A DNA stretch of 62,851 nucleotides, filler included, from Octopus bimaculoides (lineage: Eukaryota): the NCBI RefSeq assembly GCF_001194135.2. It is 7 parts of 5 records of this genome, joined end to end, with 100 filler letters (N's around TTAATTAATTAA, not from the genome) between each part and the next. Parts side by side here need not be neighbours in the genome. Positions count along the whole stretch, not along the records: positions 31,711 to 58,965 come from NC_068984.1; positions 59,066 to 60,919 come from NW_026415699.1; positions 61,020 to 62,851 come from NC_068993.1; 4 more parts are not named here. One strand, 5' to 3'. Positions 50,693 to 62,851 of this stretch are shown in pieces; positions within the stretch are counted from its first letter, which is position 1; every line of letters begins with the position of its first letter. The notes below the pieces were generated by a model. It was not told the DNA's origin. It saw only the letters and a program-made list of their open reading frames with translations, and searched no databases. The position numbers were made by a program, and so were the translations under genes.

Positions 50693-52854
50693 ATATGTAT
50701 ATATATTTTTATATATGTATGTATGTGTCTGTATATGTATATATATATAATAAATAAATATATATAATATATATATATATAATAAATATATATATAATAA
50801 ATATATATATATATAATATATATATAATAAATATATATATATATATATATAATAGTTATCGCCAAGCCAACATGGCAGTCCCAAAATTAGGACGAGTGCT
50901 GCTGTGGATTAGCTCCAAGAAGCCATCGCCTCTAGCTAGCTATGTGACACACGAAACCTGTGTCCTTTATAACCTTCGAACAGGGGAGGTCAGCAGCTTC
51001 CCCTTGCTGGTTTGGCATCTGCAGACTAGACTAGTTTCGGGGTATTGCCCCTTGTCATTTATATATATATGTATGTATAAGTGACACAGGCTAACCCCCC
51101 CCCACACACACACACACCTCCGTACATGTATACTCTTACCCACTCTCCCATATATTTGAGGTTGAAAACACATGTTAATCCGGAGTTCGAATTCTAGTAA
51201 TTGCCAGCTGGCAAATGGGGTCTGGTTTCCTAATTTGTAAATCCATACATACTTGTGCACTCTCTCTTACACACTCTCACACACAAAACCCACGCGTGTG
51301 TGTGTGTCTGTGTGTGCGCGTGTGTGTTTGAGTGTGTGTCCTTGTGAATGTGTTTCTTTGTATTTGCGTTTGTCGCCCTAACGATTGACCACCAGTGTTG
51401 GCTTTTGTTTTTAGGTCTCCTTAACTTAACGGTTCGACAAGAGAGACCAATAGATTAAGTACGAGACTTTGAAACATAACTGCTGAGGTGGACGTGTCCG
51501 ACTAAACCCTTGAAGGCAGTGCCCCAGCATGGCCGTAGTCCAATAATATATAATAAAATATACTGGCATTCAACCAAGTCACACGACACTTGATGATGAT
51601 GATGATGATGATGGAAGTTGTGTTGGTGGTTGTAGTAGTGGCGTTAGTGGTATTGGTGGTGGTGGTGGTGGTGGTGGTGGTGATGGAGGTAGTGGTATTA
51701 ATGATGATGATGATGGTGATGTCCTGCATCGCTGCTTCTGTGGATGATGTAAAAAAAATATTAACCGCCATTAATGTCAATAGCTGTACCGGAAATGACA
51801 TCAGTCACCATAGCAACGCTAGTAAACATCAACACTTCCTCTACTGTTACCACCTCACCATCACCACCACTACCACCACCACCACCACAACCACCACCAC
51901 CACCACCACCATTGCTGCTGCTGGTGCTGCAACACGAATTATAAAACAAGAGCAAAAATAATCAATTGTGACCNNNNNNNNNNNNNNNNNNNNNNNNNNN
52001 NNNNNNNNNNNNNNNNNNNNNNNNNNNNNNNNNNNNNNNNNNNNNNNNNNNNNNNNNNNNNNNNNNNNNNNNNNNNNNNNNNNNNNNNNNNNNNNNNNNN
52101 NNNNNNNNNNNNCCTCCACCACCACCACCACCACAACCACCACCACCGCCACCACCATCACCACCACTACCACCACCACCACCACAACCACCACCACCAC
52201 CACCACCATTGCTGCTGCTGGTGCTGCAACACGAATTATAAAACAAGAGCAAAAATAATCAATTGTGACCACCCTCCCCAAACAACCGACAACAAAATGG
52301 AGAAGAATAGGCAAGTGAGGAAAAAAGAAAAGAAAAAACAAACACTCAGCTGAGAATTGTTTGTTCGTGAACAGAAACAACAACAACAACAACANNNNNN
52401 NNNNACAACAACAACAACAACAAATTTAATATCCTCTTCAATTGGGAAATCGTTTATACACGTTTGTCTTTTATCTTTCTTTTTTTAATTGTTTTAGTCA
52501 TTGGACTGTGGCCATGCTGGGGCATCACCTAGAAAGGCTTAGTAGAACAAATCAATGCCAGTACATGGTTTTAAGGTAGGTATTTATTTCGTCGGTCTCT
52601 TTAGCCGAACCGCAGCGTTACGGGGTCGCAAATAGACCAAGACCAGTTGTCACTCGATGGGAAAACAAACACAAACACGAAGACACACACACACACGCAC
52701 GCACGCACGCATATACGTACGTAATACATACATACATACATACAAACAAACAAACAAAAATACTCTGTTGTTGATGTTGAAATTCCAATGAAGGAAACTT
52801 CGATCTAGGTTAGAAACCGGTTCTCTCTCTATTGAAATCTTGAAATAAACTGAA

Positions 52855-53091
52855 TAATGACATACCAACATTTCGGCCGCTTGATTGGACGCTTGATGAG
52901 ATCCGAGCCATTGGTGCGAAAACCCGAAAAATACTAACAAGCAGACATAATTTCCACATAAACAGTGACGTAGACCGCCTCTACTTCAAACGAAAACAAG
53001 GCGGCAGAGGCTTAACATCGATCCAAAATACCTTTGAATGTCGTATTATATCCCTTCGGCAACATCTTTTAACCACCAAGTGTCAAAGTAC
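52855..53091 (+). mobile_element. R4/Dong-like LINE fragment (RT C-terminal region)
   Basis: DWTLDEIRAIGAKTRKILT...FHINSDVDRLYFKRKQGGRGL matches W...E...ID.KTRK...HI.SDVDRLY..R..GGRGL. Confidence 0.85.
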
Positions 53092-53818
53092 NNNNNNNNN
53101 NNNNNNNNNNNNNNNNNNNNNNNNNNNNNNNNNNNNNNNNNNNNNNNNNNNNNNNNNNNNNNNNNNNNNNNNNNNNNNNNNNNNNNNNNNNNNNNNNNNN
53201 NNNNNNNNNNNNNNNNNNNNNNNNNNNNNNNNNNNNNNNNNNNNNNNNNNNNNNNNNNNNNNNNNNNNNNNNNNNNNNNNNNNNNNNNNNNNNNNNNNNN
53301 NNNNNNNNNNNNNNNNNNNNNNNNNNNNNNNNNNNNNNNNNNNNNNNNNNNNNNNNNNNNNNNNNNNNNNNNNNNNNNNNNNNNNNNNNNNNNNNNNNNN
53401 NNNNNNNNNNNNNNNNNNNNNNNNNNNNNNNNNNNNNNNNNNNNNNNNNNNNNNNNNNNNNNNNNNNNNNNNNNNNNNNNNNNNNNNNNNNNNNNNNNNN
53501 NNNNNNNNNNNNNNNNNNNNNNNNNNNNNNNNNNNNNNNNNNNNNNNNNNNNNNNNNNNNNNNNNNNNNNNNNNNNNNNNNNNNNNNNNNNNNNNNNNNN
53601 NNNNNNNNNNNNNNNNNNNNNNNNNNNNNNNNNNNNNNNNNNNNNNNNNNNNNNNNNNNNNNNNNNNNNNNNNNNNNNNNNNNNNNNNNNNNNNNNNNNN
53701 NNNNNNNNNNNNNNNNNNNNNNNNNNNNNNNNNNNNNNNNNNNNNNNNNNNNNNNNNNNNNNNNNNNNNNNNNNNNNNNNGCCAAGGGAATTTATCCCTC
53801 CCATCGAGATCTGTAGCA

Positions 53819-53863
53819 CGAACGGACCCGGGTTTCAGGGTTATTTCCCTTCGTCAGCGTCCG
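53819..53863 (-). ncRNA. Intact minimal type I hammerhead ribozyme
   Basis: cggacg-CTGACGA-aggg[aaataa]ccct-GAAAC-ccgg-GTC/cgttcg; helix I 6 bp (one G-U), helix II 4 bp, all core nucleotides present, GUC triplet, palindrome ACCCGGGT at helix III. Confidence 0.9.
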
Positions 53864-53887
53864 ATAGCGACCGATCTGCGATGACAG

Positions 53888-54055
53888 AGTATATACATAT
53901 ATACGACGGGCTTCTTTCAGTTTCCATCTACCAAATCCACTGACAAGGCTTTGGTGGGCCCGAGGTTATAGTAGAAGACACTTGCCCAAGGTGCCACGCA
54001 GTGGGACTGAACCCGGAACTATGTGGTTGGCAAGCAAGTTACTTACCACACAGCC
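53888..54055 (-). mobile_element. tRNA-derived SINE, family B (5' part)
   Basis: Reverse complement of the family-B head and body. Confidence 0.85.
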
Positions 54056-54699
54056 ATTTAAACATGCATAGCCATACGAAAACACATAGGTCAGGTGGCA
54101 GAAACGGACGAATTAACTATAGTGCAATATAATCAGCTCATACCTAATATCTTGTGTGTCTGTGTTTGTGTCAGTGCGTGTGTGCGTGTGTTTGTGTGTG
54201 TGTGTGTGTGTGATTATATGTTATTGACGTCATAAGAATTTACAACTTTGAGGAAGAACGTGAAATATTTCGTTTTTTTTTTTTGGAACGGAGAATCTCG
54301 AAGCTAGCTGCTTCGAGATTCTCTATAAATAATAGCGTGTAAATATTGAGTTAAGTCTTTTAGATCGAACAACCATTCACCGTTCCAATAAAGAATTATT
54401 TTACGTTGTCTGTCGCAATTTCTAAAATCTGGTGACGTCAGCAAAAATGTGTGTGTGTATGTGAGTGTGTGTGTGTGTGTGTATATATATATATGTGTGT
54501 GTGTGTGNNNNNNNNNNNNNNNNNNNNNNNNNNNNNNNNNNNNNNNNNNNNNNNNNNNNNNNNNNNNNNNNNNNNNNNNNNNNNNNNNNNNNNNNNNNNN
54601 NNNNNNNTACATACATACATACATACAGTAGAATGAAAGTATGAACAAACAAACAACCAGCATCGCTTCAGATCATGGCATTTATATATTTAAACAAAA

Positions 54700-57100
54700 T
54701 TGTTGAGTTGTTACAATAGAGCAAATCATAAGTAATAAGAAAGAAAGGTGTGCCTATGTTCCCCTACAATTGTTTTTTACCGTTCTCTGGTGGATTTCTT
54801 TGAATGCTGACCGTTTCACATTCAGTTCTTCTTTGTTAGTCTCTCTGTTTGGACGTTGTGTGTGAGATCGTCACGTAGAGGAGACTTCCTGAAGAGATCA
54901 CCGCTAACACGTAGAACGTTGCTTTCTTTTTTTAACACTAGATTTATATATTTACTTCTGTAGTGGTTTAGTAGGCGCTGTCTATAAAATAGTATACGAC
55001 ACTTGAAAGTTGTTTGAAAGTGGTCTGCACTGATCTCAAATCTCTAACTCTTTATTCTCTCATGTAGAACCTCTCAATAATACTTTCGGTAGATGTTTCT
55101 AAATCTTGTGGGTTTTAATGTCTATGAGTTGGATTTCCTTGCAGGGCAGTCAAGTATCTCTAAATGTTGGAATAAACCTGATACTGCAAATGTATTGTTG
55201 GATACTGTCTTGTTGTAAGAGAAGAGTTCTGTTTTCAATATTTTTCTGGACAATATTCCTCGGTCACTCTATCTTTATTCATAGGATCTTCGTATGACAT
55301 GCTTTCATCAGTGCCTTGGCACTTGTAACATTTTTTTGTGTGGAACAAGAGAGATGCACAGGTTTTGAGTTCTGGGGGACCGACTTTCCAAGTTGACCAA
55401 TCAAATACGAACAATTTTTTTCCAAATTCAGATCCTATATCGGCTGAAAATATTGTTATCAACTCCAGCTATTTTTTTTCTTCCGTATACATTTTAGCAT
55501 AGATCATACAAAAGAGAAAATATAGGTTAGATTGGTATCTTTAGATCTGTGTAGCAGAAATGGTAAAGGCGTCGAGCTGGCAGAATCGTTTGCACGCCGG
55601 GCGAAGTGCTTAGCGGTATTTCGTCTGTCTTTACGTTCTGAGTTCAAATTCCGTCGAGGTCGACTTTGCCTTTCATCCTTTCAGGGTCGGTAAATTAAGT
55701 ACCAGTTACGCACTGGGGTCGATGTAAACGACTTAATCCCTTTGTCTGTCCTTGTTTGTCCCCTCTGTGTGTAGCCCCTTGTGGGCAATAAAGAAATAAG
55801 AAATGGTAATAGATTCTATGCCAAAAAGAAGAGAATTACAGAAACACTATCTTCTGGGAATACTCCTTTTGAAATATTTAAAACATCAGAGACGATCTTT
55901 CCGTTTTCAATTGTAACCTGTGAGGATTGTTACCTAGGTCTTTGTCAGCCTCTCAATGGCAGCCAGAAAGTTAGCAGACATATTTTCCCAAATGTAGACA
56001 TTTCAGCAACCATGAGTGGAGAACAGAGTCGAATGCTTTCCTATAATCAAGCTATACTGTTGTAAAGTCCCTACGATGACGTTTTTCACTCCAATTGTTC
56101 GACTCATCCCCACACTCGCTTCTTTCCATCGGCCTACTCATCAGTCACCATGTTGATGAATCAGGAGGAATTGGTTGAGACAACTTGTGTAAAGTTTCAA
56201 CATATTTAGGCCAGCAATGAAACTATAGTTTTCTGCTAATTCGGTGGTTTCGTTCTTGGCTACAAGATTCCTCTGTGCAATAGCAAACCAATCTGACTTT
56301 CTGTAGTTCTTTTGACTTCAAGTATTAATAGTCTTCCGTAAAATGTCATCCACTTGTGCCAGTATCCAACTATTAGGTCTCTTCCAGGAGACCTTCCCAT
56401 GATGCAGTTAGGCCACAGTATATTGAAAGTTTCAGTGTTAACGTTGGGTCAGTATTCTTTCCTAACTGTACCAGGATGAATTATGGATAAAATTTCTTTT
56501 TTCATTCTAGAACTCAAGGCAGCATGATTGAAGGTTTTTTTTTTTTTTGAGAAGAGGCTTTCTTAGCGGTAATGCTTTCCTTTCTCATCTTCTAGTACAA
56601 TGCCTGAGGATTGGAAGTAAACTAGTGATATATATTTGTTAGCTCCACAATTTTTCTACGATAACGAAGCTTTTCGCTCAACAACATCCTGAGATCTGGC
56701 TTGAAACTAATCAGCTTTCCCTCAGAGCTTGCCGTCAAGAATCGCTGATCAGTTTTCTTAATTTATGAAAAAGATGTCATTATTCCTCTTACACTTTATT
56801 CTCGTGGTTAACCATTCCAATGTGCCAGCGTTGGTTGTTGATGTTTCATTGAAGTTTAGTTTCCCATCGAAGCTGCTTCTGTTTAGTAATTATATTACCA
56901 CGAATACTGCGAGTCTTTCTCTGGACTTCTTTAAAAGTCATACACAGTTGTGTATATATGAGGGTTTTAATATTCTAGTAATTAACACTGCATGACTCCG
57001 AGCATTCTCCAGCAGCAGCATCTGTTACTGTCAACATGAAAGCATCTTTTCTTTTACTTTTATCTTCTTCTTAGTCTTTCGCTAAACGATAATTTGGAAA
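54700..57100 (-). mobile_element. Very degraded RTE-like LINE, interrupted by a family-C SINE
   Basis: Scattered frameshifted motifs (ALMKACHTKIL, QVDDILRK) in the expected endonuclease-to-RT order; boundaries approximate. Confidence 0.4.
55570..55806 (+). mobile_element. tRNA-derived SINE, family C, well preserved
   Basis: ggcgtcgagctggcagaatcgtt...gagttcaaattcc (B box)...gtcgactttgcctttcatcctttc...cactggggtcgatgtaa. Confidence 0.9.
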
Positions 57101-57720
57101 AAAAGTAGAAAATATTTTTACAAACTATGGTTTCAGAATATTCTCTTGTTGAGTATATTTCACTGTTGTCTCACTCGGATCTGTTACATGTATAAATAGA
57201 TGAGAGTTTGGGGACAACGGTAGAGGCTTGTTTATTTTATTTTTGATCTTTCTTATTTTCGCAGGGTCTCAATGATCTGAGACGATCGATATGTATTACA
57301 AGAGCCGGAATAGTAATTACTATCTATGATAGCCATTTCCACTTCTTTTTTTTTTTTCCTTTTTGCTTTGCAATGATTCTTCACGCCGAAGCTGTTTTAC
57401 TATGAAATAGTTTAAGTTACGGTGAGTTTTCTCTCAGTATATTTTTAGCTGCTTCATATAGCCTCCAGAAAGGTCGTCAGGGGCATTTTCATGGCACCAT
57501 ATTAGATCTTCATTTAAATATTAAAACCACGTGAAGAGAATCGAGTAATATCGTCTGAAATAACTTATGGGTGTTGTAGCACTGTTTGTGTTTGTGTTGG
57601 TGTTGTTATCAAGATCAGCTATGAACCTACCAGTGAGATTCCACCGCGGTCTAAGATATATTTTGTAATCCGGTTTGAGCGACGTTGGGAAGTAAAAGCG
57701 GATTCTCTTATTTATAACAG

Positions 57721-57842
57721 AAGAAATAAACCAGTTACTGATTGAGACTGGAGGAGGCGGCATCATTGAAGAAGAATACCTTCAAAAAGGCATTTTAAAC
57801 AGCGCTCTACACCTGCACGACTCATGTGGACGGCGCCATTTT
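57721..57842 (+). CDS. Candidate 122-nt exon of an unidentified gene
   Basis: Acceptor ttctcttatttataacag, donor TTT/GTATGT; open frame (E)EINQLLIETGGGGIIEEEYLQKGILNSALHLHDSCGRRHF, phase 1 to 0, compatible with the 34836-34961 exon. Confidence 0.65.
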
Positions 57843-58147
57843 GTATGTGTGCGCGTATTTGAACCCCCCCACCCCACCACCACACACACACACACATACA
57901 TGTAGGTAGGTATATGTAAATATGTAGGTGTATGTGTGTTTAGTTATAAATGTGTTTATGTGAAATCTAAGAGATAACTGAGTTGGGAAGGTTGCGGCAG
58001 CTTGACCCGACCCTGACAAAATTTAGCGCTAGTTTTCTCCTCCCACTCTCGTTTCCCGTTTAAATCTTTTTTCCTTCTTCTTCCCCCCCTCTCTCTCTCT
58101 CTGTCTTCCTTACTCTATCACTCCCACATTCACGCTGTCTGTCTCTC

Positions 58148-58210
<63 letters not shown>

Positions 58211-58272
58211 TCTCACAGCTGTTTCTCTTTGCAGCATTTTCAACAAGTCTCATGCTCGTGTGAAGTCGACTT

Positions 58273-58303
<31 letters not shown>

Positions 58304-58775
58304 ACGCGCACGAATAGTCGGACCCCCTCTTCTGTCCCTTACTTCGCTTGAACCCGAAAAAAAAACATACATAACAACAACTACAAACAATACAGTAAAA
58401 AAATATTATTTTATTGTTGTTATTGTTTCTGATTTTGTTGTTGTTGTTGTTGTTGTTGTTATTAGGATTATTTTTTGATTATTAAAATCCTGATTATGAC
58501 GACGACGACGACGACGACGACGATGACCGCGACAATGATGATGATGATGTTGATGATGATGGTGGTCATGATGATGATGGTGATGAGGAGGAGGAGGATA
58601 TCTAAAATTTTTTACATGTCGTTGTTGTTGTTGCTGTTGCCGTCATCGCTCTCCATCATCGCTGATCATAAACAACGAGTGAAGTATAGAGTAAACATGG
58701 CTGCTCAGTGGCAGCGAGAGAGAGAGAGGGAGAGAGAGAGAGGGAGAGATCCCGCTCTGTCTGTCTGTTTGTCTG

Positions 58776-58809
<34 letters not shown>

Positions 58810-58965
58810 GATTACTCTTGACAGATGCATAAATACATACATACATATATACTGACATATACACAGTCACACATACTCACACACAATATCTTTTCATTTT
58901 ATTTTACTTGCTTCAATCATTAGACTGCGGTCATGCTGGGGCACCGCATTGACGAGGTTTTAGTC

Positions 58966-59065
58966 NNNNNNNNNNNNNNNNNNNNNNNNNNNNNNNNNNN
59001 NNNNNNNNNTTAATTAATTAANNNNNNNNNNNNNNNNNNNNNNNNNNNNNNNNNNNNNNNNNNNN
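58966..59065. other. Artificial scaffold spacer
   Basis: TTAATTAATTAA at 59010-59021 with 44 N on each side. Confidence 0.95.
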
Positions 59066-59478
59066 TATAAATGCACGCATCTACACTAATATCTTACATA
59101 TATATGTAGAAGAGGTGCACAGCAAATAAAATCAATCTCATTACGTTAATGGTATTTAATAAGATGAAAGACTAAAATTCACCCTGGTGGGGAATGAGAA
59201 CATTTCATCTATAATACTAAATACTGAAAGTTCACATTTCCGTCAGCTTATCGCACTTATACATTGTTTATAAATATTATTCTTAAAAAATTTTACTGGA
59301 ATGCATTTATCGATTAGTTTGTATTTCATGTGGCATTTATGGACAATAACGTCCTTTTTATACGTGCTTCCAATTGAAAAATTAACTGCTTTCATGATGG
59401 CGCAAGTAACAATGGATTTTCTGTACTTCCTTTAGAAGAGCACTCTTTATTTGCCTTTGGTTATATCGTTCGCCAATA

Positions 59479-59792
59479 GTGGAGGCGCAATGACCCAGTG
59501 GTTAGAGCAGCGGACACGCGGTCATAAGATCGCGGTTTCGATTCTCAGACCGAGCGTTGTGAGTGTTTATTGAGCGAAAACACCTAAAAGCTTCACGAGG
59601 CTCCGGCAGGGGATGGTGGCGAACCCCGCTGTACTCTTTCACCACAACTTTATCTCACTATTACTTCCTGTTTCTGTTGTGCCTGTAATTCAAAGAGTCA
59701 GCCTTGTCACACTGTGTCATGCTGAATATCCCCGAGAATTACGTTAAGGGTACACGTGTCTGTGGAGTGCTCAGCCACTTGCACGTTAATTT
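59479..59792 (+). mobile_element. tRNA-derived SINE, family A (runs into gap)
   Basis: gtggaggcgcaatgacccagtggttagagcagcgga...cgcggtttcgattctc. Confidence 0.9.
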
Positions 59793-60919
59793 NNNNNNNN
59801 NNNNNNNNNNNNNNNNNNNNNNNNNNNNNNNNNNNNNNNNNNNNNNNNNNNNNNNNNNNNNNNNNNNNNNNNNNNNNNNNNNNNNNNNNNNNNNNNNNNN
59901 NNNNNNNNNNNNNNNNNNNNNNNNNNNNNNNNNNNNNNNNNNNNNNNNNNNNNNNNNNNNNNNNNNNNNNNNNNNNNNNNNNNNNNNNNNNNNNNNNNNN
60001 NNNNNNNNNNNNNNNNNNNNNNNNNNNNNNNNNNNNNNNNNNNNNNNNNNNNNNNNNNNNNNNNNNNNNNNNNNNNNNNNNNNNNNNNNNNNNNNNNNNN
60101 NNNNNNNNNNNNNNNNNNNNNNNNNNNNNNNNNNNNNNNNNNNNNNNNNNNNNNNNNNNNNNNNNNNNNNNNNNNNNNNNNNNNNNNNNNNNNNNNNNNN
60201 NNNNNNNNNNNNNNNNNNNNNNNNNNNNNNNNNNNNNNNNNNNNNNNNNNNNNNNNNNNNNNNNNNNNNNNNNNNNNNNNNNNNNNNNNNNNNNNNNNNN
60301 NNNNNNNNNNNNNNNNNNNNNNNNNNNNNNNNNNNNNNNNNNNNNNNNNNNNNNNNNNNNNNNNNNNNNNNNNNNNNNNNNNNNNNNNNNNNNNNNNNNN
60401 NNNNNNNNNNNNNNNNNNNNNNNNNNNNNNNNNNNNNNNNNNNNNNNNNNNNNNNNNNNNNNNNNNNNNNNNNNNNNNNNNNNNNNNNNNNNNNNNNNNN
60501 NNNNNNNNNNNNNNNNNNNNNNNNNNNNNNNNNNNNNNNNNNNNNNNNNNNNNNNNNNNNNNNNNNNNNNNNNNNNNNNNNNNNNNNNNNNNNNNNNNNN
60601 NNNNNNNNNNNNNNNNTCACCCGACGCCCACCCTCCGAGACCTTCTACCTTCGTTAATATGAGCATATGTTATTTATTCACTTCACATAACAAATGTCTT
60701 GGAATTTTGTGTAACCTTGCAAATATTTTTGTCTTACAAGTCATACTAACTCTTTAGCCACCCACTAATCTATATTCCATCAACATAAATAATCTACCAC
60801 TCATATATATTATTTCTCTCTGTACAAGTATATGTGTGTATGGTATGTGTGTTAGTGTGCGTGTCTTTATATAAGTAAGCCCTTCTATGTGTACATGTAA
60901 TATAATATACTAAATAATA

Positions 60920-61019
60920 NNNNNNNNNNNNNNNNNNNNNNNNNNNNNNNNNNNNNNNNNNNNTTAATTAATTAANNNNNNNNNNNNNNNNNNNNNNNNN
61001 NNNNNNNNNNNNNNNNNNN
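60920..61019. other. Artificial scaffold spacer
   Basis: TTAATTAATTAA at 60964-60975 with 44 N on each side. Confidence 0.95.
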
Positions 61020-61333
61020 GTGTCTTCTACTATAGCCTCGGGCCGACCAAAGCCTTGTGGGTGGATTTGGTAGACGGAAACTGAAAGAAGCCCGTCGTAT
61101 ATATGTATATATATATGTATGTGTGTTTGTGTGTCTGTGTTTGTCTCCCCATCATCGCTTGACAACCGATGCTGGTGTGCTTACATCCCCGTAACTTAGC
61201 GGTTCGGCAAAAAGAGACCGATAGAATAAGTACTAGGCTTCCAAAGAATAAGTCCTGGGGTCGACTTGTTCGACTAAAGGCGGTGCTCCAGCATGACCGC
61301 AGTCAAATGACTGAAACAAGTAAAAGAGTAAGA
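61020..61333 (+). mobile_element. tRNA-derived SINE, family B (head cut by scaffold start)
   Basis: Colinear with 11801-12112 and 39207-39640. Confidence 0.9.
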
Positions 61334-62229
61334 GTTCTGCTTTATGCACGACATATAACCCCTCATAACTTCTTTATTTTTAAAAATTTTCATAAAAGTT
61401 TTGCGAATTTGTATTCTACACTCGAGAATTCAAACGACTATACGAAAACTAGAAAAAAAAATGGGGATGCGTGATTCTAGGCTTATTTGGCTGCTATTTT
61501 TAGCACATTTTAGCGTAGAATATATTTGTCAACACATGCTATCTCGTAGACAAAAGAGTTCCCATGTTTGGCTTGTTACTATGGATACAGGTATGAATGT
61601 CACTGTGGCGTACGACTGGATAAAATTACCCAAAATTTGCAAACTTTGAAAGCTAAAATCTCTTTATTGGTTTATTGCGAAAAATTTTTTCAAAGCAGTG
61701 TTTAGCAAATAAAACCATATTACACCGAATATGAAGTCAATTCGAGCAGGAATTGAAGAGATTGATTATTCAGAATTCAGCTGAGGCTGAACAACAACAA
61801 CATCGTTTTCCTGTTTATGTATCTATTCCGTTAGGAAAGAGTCGAACAAAGATTTTACCAAAATATCCCCAAGACATCTTAAAATGTCTCCAAGCGTTTA
61901 CAATTAATTCTTTCTAAGCTCTCCGGAATCGATTCGTGCCAAAATAAAATAACTCCAAGGATAACATTCACACAGACACGAAGATACACATACTCTCTCC
62001 CGCGCGCACAAACACACACGCGCGCGCACTAACACACGCCCGCACGCACTCGCACGAATAGATTCCAGTACATGCATACAAACACACACTGTATTTACAG
62101 CTGTTTTAATAAAAGTTCAGTTATGGTCGCGCAAAATTCATTCATCATCATCGACGTCATTATCATCATCATCCTCGTCATTTATCACCACCACCAATAC
62201 TATTATCTACGATATTAAAATCATCATAA

Positions 62230-62447
62230 TATTATTTTCAAATTTTGGCACAAGGCCAACAATTTCGGTGGAGCGGGAAAGACGATTACAGCGACATCAG
62301 TGATCAAGTGATACTTTATTTTATCGATCCCCAGAAGGATGGAAGGCAAGGTCGACATCGACGGAAATTGAACACCTAAGGTTAAGACGGACGAAATGCC
62401 GCTAAGCATTCTGCCCGGTGTGCTAACGATTCTGCCAGCTCGCCGCA
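62230..62447 (-). mobile_element. tRNA-derived SINE, family C
   Basis: Reverse complement of the 55570 copy, with tail ccaaaatttgaaa followed by simple repeat. Confidence 0.85.
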
Positions 62448-62851
62448 GAATCATCATGACATTAATCAACATTATTATTGTCATCATCATTACCCTCATC
62501 ATCATCATCATCACTGTCATCATTATCATAATCATCATCAGCGGTATAACAAGCCCTTATCGCAACCACCACCATCATTTCATCGGTTAGCCACTCCACC
62601 GCTACTTAACCCTACTCCCACCTTTTTTTTTATCCCTTATCAGGGTCATAAACCTTCTTACATGTCTTCCTTGGTTTGGTGTGTCCTCTCATAGTAAATA
62701 TAGGGCCGACCACAACACCCTTTTCTTCCGACAGGGATCAGGGGTTCACTGGCAGACAAACAGTCACCAAGTCATCTATCTTTGATAGTGATGAATAGGT
62801 GGCACTGGCGTGGGAATAACTATGAATGATTATATATATATATATATATAT

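Noticed and set aside
50900-50970. Plus-strand hammerhead (GAAAC-ctgt-GTC), which would make the element ambisense or viroid-like
   Set aside because: No CUGANGA strand or helix I partner upstream.
57825-57850. YY1 motif CGCCATTTT and minus-strand start ATGGCG
   Set aside because: The minus ORF is five codons (MAPST*); better explained as the end of the plus-strand exon (RRHF/GTATGT).

Overview
AT-rich, microsatellite-saturated animal genomic DNA with many N gaps. The repeat landscape (several tRNA-derived SINE families plus RTE, R4-like, Penelope-like and mariner relics) suggests a cephalopod, probably Octopus; this is an inference. The window is not contiguous: six identical 100-bp artificial spacers (44 N + TTAATTAATTAA + 44 N) join seven separate scaffolds (1-3356, 3457-9935, 10036-17436, 17537-31610, 31711-58965, 59066-60919, 61020-62851), so nothing should be linked across them. 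Almost all ORFs in the supplied track are microsatellite or gap translations. Real coding sequence: N-terminal exons of axonemal dynein heavy chain 2 (DNAH2), and two frame-compatible exons of an unidentified gene 22.8 kb apart. Best leads: (1) several unrelated families of minimal type-I hammerhead ribozymes (HHRs) whose helix III is, or is 1-2 substitutions from, a palindrome; one is intact (53819-53863, minus); (2) a tRNA-headed, Pol III-type SINE carrying an HHR (two copies); (3) a shared layout of inverted 3' end, HHR body, 3' end in three unrelated short elements, with Penelope-like relics in the window as the plausible helper; (4) a DNAH2 intron with U12 consensus signals but TT...AG termini. 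All alignments and folds were done by eye from remembered family consensus patterns; no searches were run.
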